Source of the DNA: Chiloscyllium plagiosum
Taxonomy: Eukaryota
Reading direction: 5' to 3'
DNA: 64,000 nt
Assembly: GCF_004010195.1 (NCBI RefSeq)
Contig: NC_057718.1
Coordinates: forward strand, 76,200,210-76,264,209
Shown here: positions 1 through 11,966 of the stretch, piece after piece
Layout: each line of letters begins with the position of its first letter
Position numbering within the stretch: position 1 is the first letter of the stretch
Translations under genes and position numbers: made by a program
The notes under the pieces: generated by a model
Database searches by the model: none
What the model saw: only the letters and a program-made list of their open reading frames with translations
What the model was told of the DNA's origin: nothing

Positions 1-812
1 TTTCAAGCTGAATTCTATAAAGAATTTACAGGAATATTGGCTGGGAGAAAGTGAGGACTGCAGATACTGGAGACCAGAGCTGAAAAATGTGTTGCTGGAA
101 AAGCACAGCAGGTCAGGCAGCATCAAAGGAGCAGGAGAGTCGATGTTTTCTGAAGAAGGGCTTATGCCCGAAATGTCGATTCTCCTGCTCCTTGGATGCT
201 GCCTGACCTGCTGCGCTTTTCCAGGAATATTGGCTGGTCCACTTATGGACATGTATAACTATTCATACAGTCAGGGCTGTCTCCCGCCTTTACTGAAAGA
301 GGCGAATATCTCTCTTATCCTTAAAAAAGGAAAGGACCCAGAAGATTGCGCGTCATACAGACCAATATCCTTGCTGAATGTAGATTTTAAAATCCTCTCT
401 GAAACATTAGCATCAAGGCTAGAAAGGGTATTGCCACATATTATAAAGGAGGATCAGACGGGGTTTATTAAGGGCCGTAGATCATCCAATAATGTTAGAA
501 GGGTTTTGAATGTGATTCAAGCCTGCCATCAGGGAAAGATACCAGGAGTAGTAGTCTCATTAGACGTGGAAAAGGCAGTCGACAGGGTTCAATGGTCATA
601 TTTGTTTTACACATTGGAAAGGTTTGGCGTTGGAAAAAATTGTTTACCAAATGGGTCTCAACACTGTATAGTGATCCCAAGGCAGTTGTGATTACTAATG
701 GATATGGCTCGGATAGCTTCAGTGTGGATAGGGGCTGCCTTCAGGGATGTCCTCTCTCACCATTGCTATTTATGCTAATAATTGAACCACTAGCAGAAGC
801 TATACGGGCTGA
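1..812 (+). mobile_element. L1/Tx1-clade LINE ORF2 (reverse transcriptase) fragment, frameshifted and interrupted by a PLE-derived insert at 45-221
   Basis: Motifs YRPISLLNVDFKIL, DQTGFIKGR, SLDVEKAVDRVQW and QGCPLSPLLF lie in ORFs 89..691 and 592..840. Confidence 0.88.
45..221. mobile_element. Short fold-back Penelope-derived insert with a hammerhead motif at 150-177 (+)
   Basis: The two arms are reverse complements of each other. A 16-bp TSD caggaatattggctgg lies at 29-44 and 222-237. Confidence 0.85.
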
Positions 813-814
813 CT

Positions 815-1290
815 CTGGATCTATACTCGATGGAGTTTAGAAGGATATAGGGGGAAATCTAACTGAAACTTGCAGAATACTGAATGGCCTGGACAGAGTA
901 GATGTTGGGAAGATGTTTCCATTGGTAGGAGAGACTAGGACCCGAGGGCACAGCCTTAGAGTAAAGGGAAGGTCTTTTCTAACCGAGATAAAGAGAAACT
1001 TCTTCAGCCAGAGAGTGGTGGATCTCTGGAATTCATTGCCACAGAAGGCTGTGGAGGCCAGGTCAATGAGTATACTTAAGATGGAGATAGACAGGTTCTT
1101 GATTATCAAGAGGATCAAGGGTTATGGGGAAAAAGCAAGAGAATGAGGTTGAGAAACTTGCACATAAACAAAGAAATTGCAATGGTATTCAGCAGAATGC
1201 ATGTTTCATTAACTTCTTACTTCCCCAACGGCGGAGCCCACCTATTGGCTGAATGGCCTAATTTCTGTTTCTATGTCTTATGTTCGAATT
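815..1290 (+). mobile_element. CR1/HER1-type LINE 3' fragment
   Basis: TRGHSLRV...RNFFSQRVVDLWNSLP is the CR1 ORF2 C-terminal motif, followed by the 3' UTR. Confidence 0.85.
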
Positions 1291-1334
1291 TATTTGCCTT
1301 AGACAACATTAACCAAAGTTTATCAGATTGATTT

Positions 1335-1740
1335 TGGGGACAAGTGGGTTAAGTAGAATGGGCCTGTATTCTCTGGAGTTTAAAAGAATGAGAATATATT
1401 GGGATATATAAGGATTAGAAAACTGGATGCTAAGAGGCAGTTTTCCGAGGCTGGAACGCTTCAGCATAGGATATTGCCTGTTTCGGGCCAAAATGAAGAG
1501 AAATTTCTTTACTGAGAGGGTTGTGAATCTTTGGAACTCTTTACTCTAAAAAGCTGTGGATGTCCAGTTGAAGAAACTATTTAAGGCTGAGAGCATTAGA
1601 TTTTGGGTGCTAAGAAAATTAATGGATTGGCTGAAAAAGGAGAGTTGATACAGAAGTTCAACCCTGATTTTATTTAAGCGAAAAGCAGACATGATGTGCC
1701 ACACATGGGCTAATACTTCTAGCATTGCTCATATCCGTAT
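1335..1740 (+). mobile_element. Older CR1-type LINE 3' fragment
   Basis: Degenerate match to the same motif (aatttctttactgagagggttgtgaatctttggaactct). Confidence 0.7.
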
Positions 1741-2973
1741 GGAAGGCAGTTTTAACAGATGGCACCATAGCTGAGCATGACTAGCTTGCACATGGCATCC
1801 AAAATGACACATTACTTTCCAGTGAGGTCAATGACTCAGGAATGGAAACCTTGTGTCATTACAATACAGACAAATAAAAACGTACTATACTCAGTTTGGC
1901 ACCAAGGGAATTCAGGTACAAAACAGTAACCAGGGATCACATATGAATTTCTCAGCTTACCAGTGCATTTATGAATGGATTTACATATTCTGATGATACT
2001 CGACTGATGTTGCAGATAGGTCTAGCACACTGACTTGGGGAAGTAAGAAGTTAATGAAACATGCATTCTGCTGAATACCATGCAATTTCTTTGTTTATGT
2101 GCAAAGGCCATCACATACTTCAATTTTTAACAGTACATTATGTTGTTAATTAAAGAACTACATATAATTCTTTAATTAGTCTGAGAGAAAATTGAGTAGC
2201 ATCAAGGTTACCTTTTCACTGGTCACCAACTTAAAATAGGGCAGTGAAACGTACAAGTTCATCATCTGTATTGGCCATGATTTGCATGCAATGATGGAGG
2301 CACATTGCCTCATTAATCTGTCTGGATGTCAAAGTCATTTATTATTCTCTGAAGTCTGGTGCTGATTGTGTCTGTGCCACTTAACTGAATTTAGATTGAG
2401 TGATAATGACTACGATAACTTCAGTGACTGTGCATCAATTCCGGCCAAATTACTTAAATGTTTTGTTCTATAGGGATAGATGATGGTTTCAAGGTTGATT
2501 TTCTGAAGATGTCCATGACAGTCACCACTATGTGTTCACTCAATAATACTTACAATATTACTACAGGAAAGGCAGTAATACTTATTACTTAGTTTTGCAT
2601 TCTGAGGTGACATGCACTGCTAATGGGAGGTTGGGCAAGGGGTTTTCAAATCTTCATGCTGCAGCATCAACAGTCAGACTCTCTCAGGGGAAAAAAAAAA
2701 GTTCAAAACCTAAATCAAACTTTGAATACTCCTTGACAGACTGGAAGTCTACTCTACGAGGCCCCAGTAACCATTCAACATCTGCAATGTGCTTGAACAT
2801 AAAAGATCTTTTCCAGACTTGCTGGAACCAATTCCCTGGTACTAACCTCATTAATAGCCAACTTCTGCTATCTGTCTAAATATAATGCTCTTCCCTGGCG
2901 ACAAAGCATCTACAAAATTGTTCGACCAGGAACCAATCTGTAATTAACTTCCAGGCCTTGCCTCATGAATAAA

Positions 2974-3058
2974 AGAAGGGCTTATGCCCAAAACGTCGAT
3001 TCTCCTGTTCCCTGGATGCTGCCTGACCTGCTGCGCTTTTCCAGCAACACATTTTCAG
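2974..3058 (+). mobile_element. Short PLE-derived insert whose 5' end falls inside the hammerhead core
   Basis: Family consensus sequence with a 12-bp TSD ctcatgaataaa at 2962-2973 and 3059-3070. Confidence 0.82.
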
Positions 3059-3209
3059 CTCATGAATAAACAAAAACTTGTTTGATCGGTTTTTCTTTTA
3101 CCTAGAATTGCTAGCCCCAGTTCAGAAGTACCAATAGCTCAGTTTACAGTTTAAAGCACCAAACCAAAATTAAAAGAAGAAAATATGAAAATGAAAATTA
3201 AGCAAGTGT

Positions 3210-3695
3210 CCTCAACCATTCATGAGAATGATCCCAGGAATGAAAAGCTTAACATATGAGGAATGTTTGAGATCTCTAGGATTATAGGACTGTATTCGAT
3301 AGAGTTTAGAAGGATGAGTGGACATCCGATCGAAACTTATAGAATAATGAACGGCCTGGAGAGAGATGTTGGGAAGATGTTTCCATTGGCAGGAGAGATA
3401 AGGACTCAAAGGCATAGCCTTAGAGTAAAGGGAAGACTCTTTAGAATGGAAATCAGAAGAAACTCCTTTAGCCAGAGAATGGTGAATCTGTGGAATTCAT
3501 TGCCAGTAAAGGCAGTGGAGGTCAGGTAATTGAGTATATTTAACACCGAAATAGTTAAGTTCTTGATTGCCAATGGGGTTCAAGGGTTACAGGGAGAAGG
3601 CAGGACAATGGGGTTGAAAAACCTATCAGCCATGATTGAATGGTAGAGCAGACTCAATGATCCAAACGGCCTAATTCCTGCTCCTGTGTTCTAAT
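3210..3695 (+). mobile_element. CR1/HER1-type LINE 3' fragment
   Basis: ORF 3263..3529 (GLYSIEFRR...RNSFSQRMVNLWNSLP), same subfamily as 815-1290. Confidence 0.85.
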
Positions 3696-3794
3696 TTACT
3701 TAAAGTACTGAATTAGCTGTCAACACTTTGGAATCTCCATACTTCATAGAACCCCTAGTGTGGAAGTAGGCCATTCAATTCATCAAGTCCACAC

Positions 3795-4488
3795 AGTTAT
3801 GAAGGTGTAGATGTGTACTGTACCTTTGAGAGAGAAAGGAAGCAGGCAAGAATCGACAAAGCACACAGTGTGCTGAACAATTTAAAAATGTAACATTTGG
3901 TTGAAACAAATAGCTGGAGTTGTGTTGTCATGCCCATGGAACAATGGCCAAATTCAAATTTGGCCAATCAGTTTAAATTATGCCCCAGATACCAAACTCC
4001 TATCGAATTTGAATTTTACTGTTTAGGATGACATCAAATCAATGTAATGATCCAATGTTTTGGAGTATAACATTTTGAACAGTTAGGGGGAGAACAGCAA
4101 AGGGCACCAACAAGTACAGACTGTTAGCCGAATAGCTCTCTGAAAGGTACCTGTCCATAGGAAACGCTGTGCAGCAGAAGACCAAAGAAAAGACGACAGG
4201 GGAGACATATTTTGAAATGTGATTATTTTTCGGAAATCTTCATTGGTTTTTTTTTTAATTGAACCTGCATCGTGGAAGGGGAGGTAAAAGATGGGTTTAA
4301 GAGCAAGGAGTTCTAAATAGTTGTTGTATTAATGTTCTCTTTTGGACTTAAACAAAATTGTTAATTTTTACTTTAAATAATGAGATGTGGGATGGTTTTT
4401 GCCCCTCAAAATCTAACAGATTGTGGCACGCGGTGAGCTTGTGTGTGTCAGGTTTAAATTAGCAGAAGGGTTTACCTGTGTCGTAACA
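3795..4488 (+). mobile_element. Probable solo LTR (about 694 bp) inserted into a minus-strand HE1-type SINE
   Basis: Termini agttatga...tcgtaaca approximate TGTTA...TAACA, with 4-bp flanks acac and acag. The SINE sequence gtccacac|cgaccctc is split around it. Confidence 0.65.
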
Positions 4489-5119
4489 ACAGCGACCCTC
4501 TGAAGACCTGCACATTTTTGGACTGTAGGTGGTTACCAGTGCACCTGGAGGAAACCCATACAGACACACGAAGATATTTCACACATTTCTTATGACACAG
4601 ACCTCTGGTTTTCAGAAAACTGACTGAAAACTGCACAATGCTTCATTTACTTTTAAAACTTCACAAGGTGGCACAATCAGTCAGTGAGTCTGCACAAAGT
4701 GCACACCCCAGATTGCACTGATTAATCAGAACCCCAAAGTACTACAGGTGTTTTAAGCCCTTAAATCTAAAATGCATTTTTTGAAAGAGGTATGATACAA
4801 AGTGACTGCAGATGTAAATTCAGTGGTTAACTGGTGAAACCTGTGTGGGACTGATATTGTAACACTTTGGGGTGCCAAAGAAACTTTACAAAGATAGAGG
4901 GTGAAAATACCCTTCCCACTCCCTCGAGAAGAGAACCATCTCTGGCAGACATTTTCATGGTTTATCCTTCCAGAAAAAAGAAGAAGCCTGGACATAAGAA
5001 GAGGATGGAAGAACCAAGTTTTATCATTTCCTATTAAATCTCCATTTGTTTGCACCTAAACATCCATAAAACAATTTCATTAGTGGAAATGAACCACAGG
5101 AAAACTGCAACATGCTTAC

Positions 5120-5337
5120 CCCGCTGTCTTTAACCAATAGATTTCCTGCATGATGTTCCTCTTGGTTCTGTGTGAAAATAAGAAGCCTGCTATTTGCTTC
5201 AGAAAAAGAAATAGTGGCAAAGAAGTTTAGTATACTGCTCCTTTTGCCAATTTCAATTAAAATCCTTTCCAAAATATCAGCGGCTTGAGGATCCGGAAGA
5301 GCTTCAAAAATCAGAACAATGTACCGTTCATCAGTAG
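5120..5337 (-). CDS. SENP6: SENP6 coding exon, last confident exon in window (218 nt, phase 1 to 0): TTDERYIVLIFEALPDPQAADILERILIEIG...NFFATISFSEANSRL...KDSG
   Basis: Acceptor ctattttgcag and donor GGG|gtaagc. Matches EEQYIILIFQNGLDP...EIG...NFFAKIPFEEANGRL. Confidence 0.95.
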
Positions 5338-5599
5338 CTGCAAAATAGAACATACAAATCTTGGTCAATGTGCATATATATTAAAAAAGGTTACATTGGT
5401 GATCTTTAAGTGCGATTTATTTTCTGCATTATTGATGTTGTATTATGAAAGTAACGCAATGGATAATTTTCAAAAAGAACATGATAAATTGCTACACTGC
5501 AGGCCTGTTGAAGCAAGGTTTAAACATCGATAGGAAATTAGTTAATAAAACAACTGGTATTTGTATAGCATTGTTACAGGAATCTACACCAACACAATT

Positions 5600-6560
5600 G
5601 ACAGAGGCATGAGGAAAAGTAGAATGTGAGTGAAAATGGACGAAATTCACACAGACACTATGGATTTTTAAAGGCAAGATCAATTTTGATGAAACTGAGT
5701 TTTTTTAAAGGTACAAGTAATGGAGAAGGAAATGTATATGGATGGCTTTTATGTGGACCTCCAGAAGATATTTGATGAAGCCGCTCAAAAGCTTGGGTTT
5801 AAAGGCAAATTAGAGTCTGGATTGGGAAATTGCCTGAGAAGCAAACGATAGAGGGTGGTGAAGTGGTTGTGCTCTAATTGTACAATGTGATGAGGACAGA
5901 AATGCAACAAAACTGTGTTGCTGCCTCAATTATTCTCTGTATTTATTAATAACTTGAAATGACGAGAGAAAAACATATAACTAAGCTTTGCTGATGACAG
6001 AAAGAAAGGTTATATAGTGAGATTTTAGATGGAAGCATAAAATAAAGAGACATTAATGGATTTAGTCAATGGGGAAAATGGTAGATTTCAATGCATGTAA
6101 ATAAGAGGTTATTCATTTTGGAGCTGTAGAAGTTAAATAAGCATATTTTCTATACATTGAAAATTGAAAAGGTCCAAGATGACTTAGGAGTCCTTTTACA
6201 CAGATTATTAACATATGAACAGGTATAAAAAATAATCAAAAAAGCGCATGACCTTCAACTATAGAGGACTAGAATACAAATGATTCGAAAACCTGCCACG
6301 ACTTGAGTACTGCGTTCAGTTCGGACCACCACATCATAGAAAGGATGCACTGGCCTTGGAGGGGGTAAACTTTAGATTCACAGGACTGGACTCCAAGGGT
6401 TCACTTGTGACAAAGTCAGAAAATTAGGGCTGCACTCACTAGAATTTACAATATTAAAAGGGTGATTTCATTGATGTTTTCATGATATTAAGCAGAACTG
6501 AAGAGTAATGAGAGTGAACTTATTAAAATGGAGGGATGTTTAGAAACTGCCATCACAGTA
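5600..6560 (+). mobile_element. Highly decayed CR1-type LINE ORF2 relic
   Basis: Degenerate motifs tatgtggacctccagaag, tttgctgatgacagaaa (FADD) and ttgagtactgcgttcagttc. Confidence 0.65.
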
Positions 6561-8007
6561 AATGCAGTGGAGGAGAACATCACACGACATGAAGGATGGA
6601 GGTGAAAGACACAGGGAAATATTTAATTTAAGCTTGTCATAACTTAAATTTGATCAATCAATTGTTTTTCAGCATAGTTCTGATTATAAATGTTCATCTA
6701 ATCAGTGGAGAATGTTCATCTGTCAGGGAGGTCACAACATTAGTTAAGATAAATCACAGCCATGAGGAGTGATGATTTGTTAAAGCACTATCAAGAATGG
6801 TTGAAACAAGGAACAGAAGACAGATAACCAAACATTATGGAGTATGCTACAGAACCCCAGACAGAGTAAGATAGCCATTTGGGCAAGCCTCTGAGAAGTG
6901 CAGAAACAATAGGGCAGAAATAGCAGGGAGTTTTTAAATAATCGTTACTGGTATAGAAGGCACAGAATTCCTGAAATTGTTTCACGTGAACACTTTTAGC
7001 CAGTTTTCAGCAAGCCCAATAAGAAAATGAGCAAGTGAAAGGGGGATTTGTGGATAATAACTTCATGTTCGTGAACATAATTCAGTTAGATTTATTGTAT
7101 TTGTTGAAAAAAGCAAACATAAACCAAGAATCAATGTGCTTAATTGGAAAGGGCCAATTTTATTAATTGGAAATATCATTTGGCTAAAATGAATTGGAAA
7201 CAGCCCATCATATTTTCGAAAGAACATGGAGAAATGGATAAAATAGTAAAATGTGAAATAGTAGAATTAAAGGGAAAGGAAATATGACTAATTGGTAAAC
7301 TTTCAAAGAGCAAGACAGACATAATGGGTCATATTCATCCATGTTTCAACATGATGATATATGAAGAGATCAAGTTTTCAAATTTAATAGATGTAGAGAC
7401 AAGAAGAGCAACATAAGGAGGAGGGTATTCTATTTCTACAAAGTGGCTATTATTCTTCACTTAAAATATTGCTAACTGCTTTAGTTCAATAAAAACCTGT
7501 ACTAATGGAGTACTGTTAATGCAGTGAAACATTCCAAAGCATTTCATAGAAATGCCTTAAAACAAAAATGACATTAAGCCCCACAAGGAGATATTAGGGC
7601 AGATGAGAACATTCAAAGTGGCAGGTTTTAAGGCTCATTTTGAATGAAAAAAGTGGGATAGAGGGATGAAAGAGATGTAGGAATATAATCCAAGAGTTTA
7701 ACATGCAGACAGCTGATAGCACTGGTTTGGTAATAATGGGGATGAGTGAGGGGTCAGAATGAGAGATCAAACTTCCTCGGATTGTAGGTCACAAAACTGG
7801 ACTGACAGTATGGAAAGGTCATGGAGAAGAATGGGAATGTGAATATAAAATGATATATTGAAGAATCAGAAGTCAAAGTAGGTCAGCAACCAGTGGTAGT
7901 GGTTAAATTATTTAACACACAGTGACACATACACTTAAGTACAGTGATATTCACACAAAAGATCAAGTTATCAATTTAACTTTATTAATGCAATGGATTA
8001 TACTTAC

Positions 8008-8187
8008 TAGTCCCTTGAGAATCAAACCAGCTTTTCTCTTTGCTCATTTTGAGAGATGTTCGTATATTGTGGCAAGCAGCAGGTGTCATTTGCAGAAAAA
8101 GTACTGGTAGTACACGTGAACCACACCATTCACACATAGTGAATTCTGTGGCTTTGAAAACTACCTCCTGGGACGACTCTTTAGGTA
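8008..8187 (-). CDS. SENP6: SENP6 coding exon (180 nt, phase 1 to 1): VPKESSQEVVFKATEFTMCEWCGSRVLPVLFLQMTPAACHNIRTSLKMSKEKSWFDSQGT
   Basis: Acceptor ccttcctttgcag and donor CTA|gtaagt. Matches [21 protein letters not shown]...WNDCKG. It is absent from the supplied ORF track. Confidence 0.94.
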
Positions 8188-9322
8188 CTGCAAAGGAAGG
8201 ATAATTATATTCACTTTTTTGTACATGAAATAAATTTTATTACTGATTTGATTTAGTTTTAATAAAGAAACTACCAACAAATGGATAGAATTAATTCAAC
8301 AAGGAAGACATTTAAATTACATTCCAAATGTCAAGGAGCTCTCTGCTACATTAAATGATTTAACATTACTTCTCATTTGATTGGCCTCCAGCATAGCATT
8401 TCAGAAGTGTAATTTATTAGCAGTTTGGTTAACAGTTGGGTACCCACCCTCTGATGCTGCCTGACCTGCTGTACTTTTCCAGCACCACACTGTCTATCCA
8501 CTGCTCTTGTTAACGTAAATAAGCTCTAAGAGAATATGAATTCTTGAATCTTGCTGCTAATATCAATTTACAATATAAAAGGGTCTATAGGGAAGATTCC
8601 CACAAAGATGACAATTTAGCTGATACACAGCTCAATTGAGGAACTTAAATAAAAAGACTTTGTAAAGCTAGAAGTTAATAACTCGGTCAAATCAGCTAGT
8701 GTATACAAAGAACTGTAAGAAATTTTCCACAAAGGCTACGAACATAAATTAATTTACAACTGAGTTAATTATGAAATAGTTCCAAATAAAACAATGTTGG
8801 CAATTCTTCTTCTTCATGGTAACCATATCGATTGACAAGAGAAAAAGTAGCATTATGCTATATAAGAACAAAATTAGCAGAGTAGAAAGAATACAAAATC
8901 ACCAAATGGGAAATGAAAATTAGTTTTCATTACGCAGTAATTATTACTAAAAACACGTGCATATTTTGATCCATTTGGTCATGATTCTGCACATTTTACT
9001 TCAGGAATAAAATAAATTTTTCCTTTGCCAGCAAACGTATGTTTAATTATTTGAGAAGCGGATTACTAGTTTGATGCTGGACTGAAACAGTTAGGTTTCT
9101 TTCCTCTGCAGTCTTTGTGGACGTGAAGAAACATCAATGTCAAGATGGAGGTTAAAACCTAAAAACTCTCCAAAAGGTGCTTCTATTAAGGAAATAGTTT
9201 TAAACAACTGTTTCCCCATTCCAACTCTATTTTCATCTCAAATTGATATGGAGGCTGTACTTTCGGATTTCAGTTTTACAGTCCGTTGATTCGCAGTTTA
9301 GAAATTGATTGAATAGACTTAC

Positions 9323-9356
9323 CTCCCATGCTGACCTTGATGAAGTCGAGGCTGAA
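9323..9356 (-). CDS. SENP6: SENP6 34-nt exon (phase 0 to 1): FSLDFIKVSMG
   Basis: Acceptor cttctactttcag and donor GAG|gtaagt. Matches FCLDFIKIQLD. Confidence 0.92.
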
Positions 9357-9620
9357 CTGAAAGTAGAAGAATTTGTTTTTAGTGTTTGCAAATCCAACAA
9401 CTTCAGCTGTTAAACAGCATCAATAAAAAAGATTGAACAAAATTACAACATATTTCAACCTAACATCACATCAATAAATCTTCACTTTTCTTCAAACAAA
9501 ACCTCAATCTAAATTAAATTCAAATTGGTTTGCTGCATACTTTAGGTGACACTTCAGAATTAGAAATTTACAGCAATGTTTCCATCTCCAACATGTGAAG
9601 GTGCCGCTGTAGGACTGGAG

Positions 9621-9775
9621 TGGACCAAGTTAAAAATCACATATCATCAGGTCATAGTCCAACAGGTTTCTTTGAAAGGACTAACTAGTTACTTGATGGA
9701 GCAGCGCTATGAAAGCTAGTACTTCCAAATAAACCTGTTGTTCTATAACCTGGTGTCATGTGATTTCTAACTTTG
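9621..9775. mobile_element. Second short fold-back family (resumes at 10480-10483), host of the 9776-10464 insert
   Basis: tggaccaagttaaaaatcac...ccaacaggttt is the reverse complement of aaacctgttg...gtgatttctaactttg(tcca). A central remnant ttgatggagcagcgctatgaaagcta resembles a hammerhead. Confidence 0.65.
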
Positions 9776-10464
9776 CGAAAGTGAGGACTGCAGATGCTGG
9801 AGATTAGAGTCAAGATTAGAATGGTGCTGGAAATACACAACAGGTCAGGCAGCATCCGAGGAGCAGGAAAATCGATGTTTCGGGCAGGAGCCTTTCATCA
9901 GGTATGAGGCTAGAAGCCTTGGGGTGGAGAGATAAATGGGAGGGGGCGGGCTGGGGAGAAGGAAGCTGGGAGTGCAATAGGCGGGTGGAGGAAGGGGTAA
10001 AAGTGATAGGTCGGAGAGGAGGGTGGAGCAGATAGGTGGGAAGGAAGATTGACAGGTGGGACAGGTCATGAGGATGGTACTGAGCTGGAAGTTGGGAACT
10101 GGGGTAAGGTGGGGGGAGGGGAAATGAGGAAACTGGTGAAGTCCACATTGATACCATGGAGTTGAAGAGTTCCGAGGCAGAAGGTGAGGCGTTCATCAAA
10201 CTTCCAGCTCAGCACCATCCTCATGACCTGTCCCACCTGTCAATCTTCCTTCCCACCTATCCGCTCCACCCACCTCTCCGACCTATCACCTTTACCCCTT
10301 CCTCCATCCACCTATTGCACTCCAGCTACCTTCTTCCCAGCCCCACCTCCTCCCATTTATCTTTCCAGCCTCATTCCTAATGAAGGGCTCCTGCCCGAAA
10401 CTTCGATTTTCCTACTCCTCAGATGGTGCGTAACCTGCTGTGCATTTTCAGCCCACTCTAATTC
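9776..10464. mobile_element. Penelope-like pseudo-LTR insert in inverted (fold-back) arrangement
   Basis: About 9810-10095 is the reverse complement of about 10198-10464. A 15-bp TSD tgatttctaactttg lies at 9761-9775 and 10465-10479. Hammerhead-like motifs sit at 9874-9901 (-) and about 10377-10404 (+). Confidence 0.88.
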
Positions 10465-11119
10465 TGATTTCTAACTTTGTCCATCTCCAACAAGCATTGC
10501 AACAGGATTTTCCATTACTAAAAGTGTAGCTACTGATCACCATGAGCATTCCGACATGCCACTATACGGAGTCGTAGAAGGCCAAGTGTTCCAAGATTTT
10601 TGATGGCTCTCTGCATGGTTCCACCTTAGTTACTCTTCACATCATAGATTAAATTTGCAATTTGAATGTTTTTGTCTTGGACTTTTGCTTTTAGATAGTG
10701 CCACCTCTTAGTTTCATGGTTCTCCTCTATTCTCCACACACACTCACTTTCTGGGCTGGCTCAACCCCTCTCGTCCCATTTTCTCCAGAAATGTGTTTTT
10801 AACTAGCTCTGGACTATTCACATATTCCTCTTGATCCCTCTCAATCATACACCCTTCATAAAGTGGAGCTCAACTCAAAATTTGCTGCCTGAATGCTAAC
10901 TCTCACTAATCTCATTTAATCATGACTCCTAATCTGCACTACTGATTTTACAGTTCTCAATACACGTTAAAATCCTTGATGATCTTTCTGTTTACTAACT
11001 CATAACCTCCACCAACCCTACAATCCAATAAGATTTTGAAATTCTGATCTCTTGTATATCTCTTGTTGTAATCACTAACATGTGTCTTCAAATGCCAAAG
11101 TCAAGCTCTGGAATTTCTA

Positions 11120-11327
11120 GAGCTGAAAAGGTGTTGCTGGAAAAGCGCAGCAGGTCAGGCAGCATCCAGGGAACAGGAGAATCGACGTTTCGGGCACGAG
11201 CCCTTCTTCAGGAAGAAGTGCTTGTGCCCAAAACGTCGATTCTCCTGCTCCTTGGATGCTGCCTGACCTGCGCTTTTCCAGCAACACTTTTTCAGCTCTG
11301 ATCTCCAGCATCTGCAGTCCTCACTTC
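11120..11327. mobile_element. Short fold-back PLE-derived insert
   Basis: Palindromic arms centred near 11212, with a 14-bp TSD ctctggaatttcta at 11106-11119 and 11328-11341. Confidence 0.88.
11184..11211 (-). ncRNA. Minimal type I hammerhead ribozyme motif, intact core
   Basis: Minus strand reads CUGAAGA-A-GGGC-UCGU-GCCC-GAAAC-GUC: conserved core, 4-bp stem II, palindromic ACGU in place of stem III, and a GUC cleavage triplet. Confidence 0.7.
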
Positions 11328-11966
11328 CTCTGGAATTTCTACCCAAAGCAGTTCCCATTCTGATTCCTTTTAGATGCTGAAGTAACCTAGCTTTTGACCA
11401 AAGGTCATGTCGTTTGGCCTACAGTATCCATGTGATCTAATGTTAAATTGTAATTTATAATGATCTTGTGAAGCACCCAGAGATGTTTTACTATGTTAAA
11501 GTGCTATATAAAAAAAATTAATGTCTCAGTCTTCAAAACAGACTGAGCCAAGAAAAAAATTTCAAATGCAGCTAATGACCAAACTAATAAACCTTCACAT
11601 TTCCAACTCAGAAAAGCAGAATCAAAGCAAGTCAGCTATATTAGATTCCCGTGCCCAGAGGAATGCATTCAATTTTCTGTCACCAGAATGGGTTCAAAAA
11701 CAAAGAAAAAATATGCGACCCACAAGGACAAAATTGAGCACCCTTCACTGCCTGAGGGACACATCAAAGCAGCATTCCAACAGTGCAAGGCTAAAACCAA
11801 AAGGCAGGTCTGGGATATAAAGGACAAATGGTGAGAATAGAAAATCTACATTATCCAATGTTATGTTGATTACGATAAACCAAATTTTTTAAGCCACCAA
11901 ATTTTTTTATCAAATGGATAAAATTCCTTGCAGTCACAGGATTGTTTAGTTTCTAAGAATTACAAT

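Noticed and set aside
89..691. 200-aa ORF as a host gene
   Set aside because: It is a chimera of a PLE palindrome and an L1-like RT fragment.
1..5119. SENP6 catalytic-domain exons (LIVYPPPP, FLNDVIIDFY)
   Set aside because: I did not find these motifs on the minus strand, so they must lie beyond the window start.
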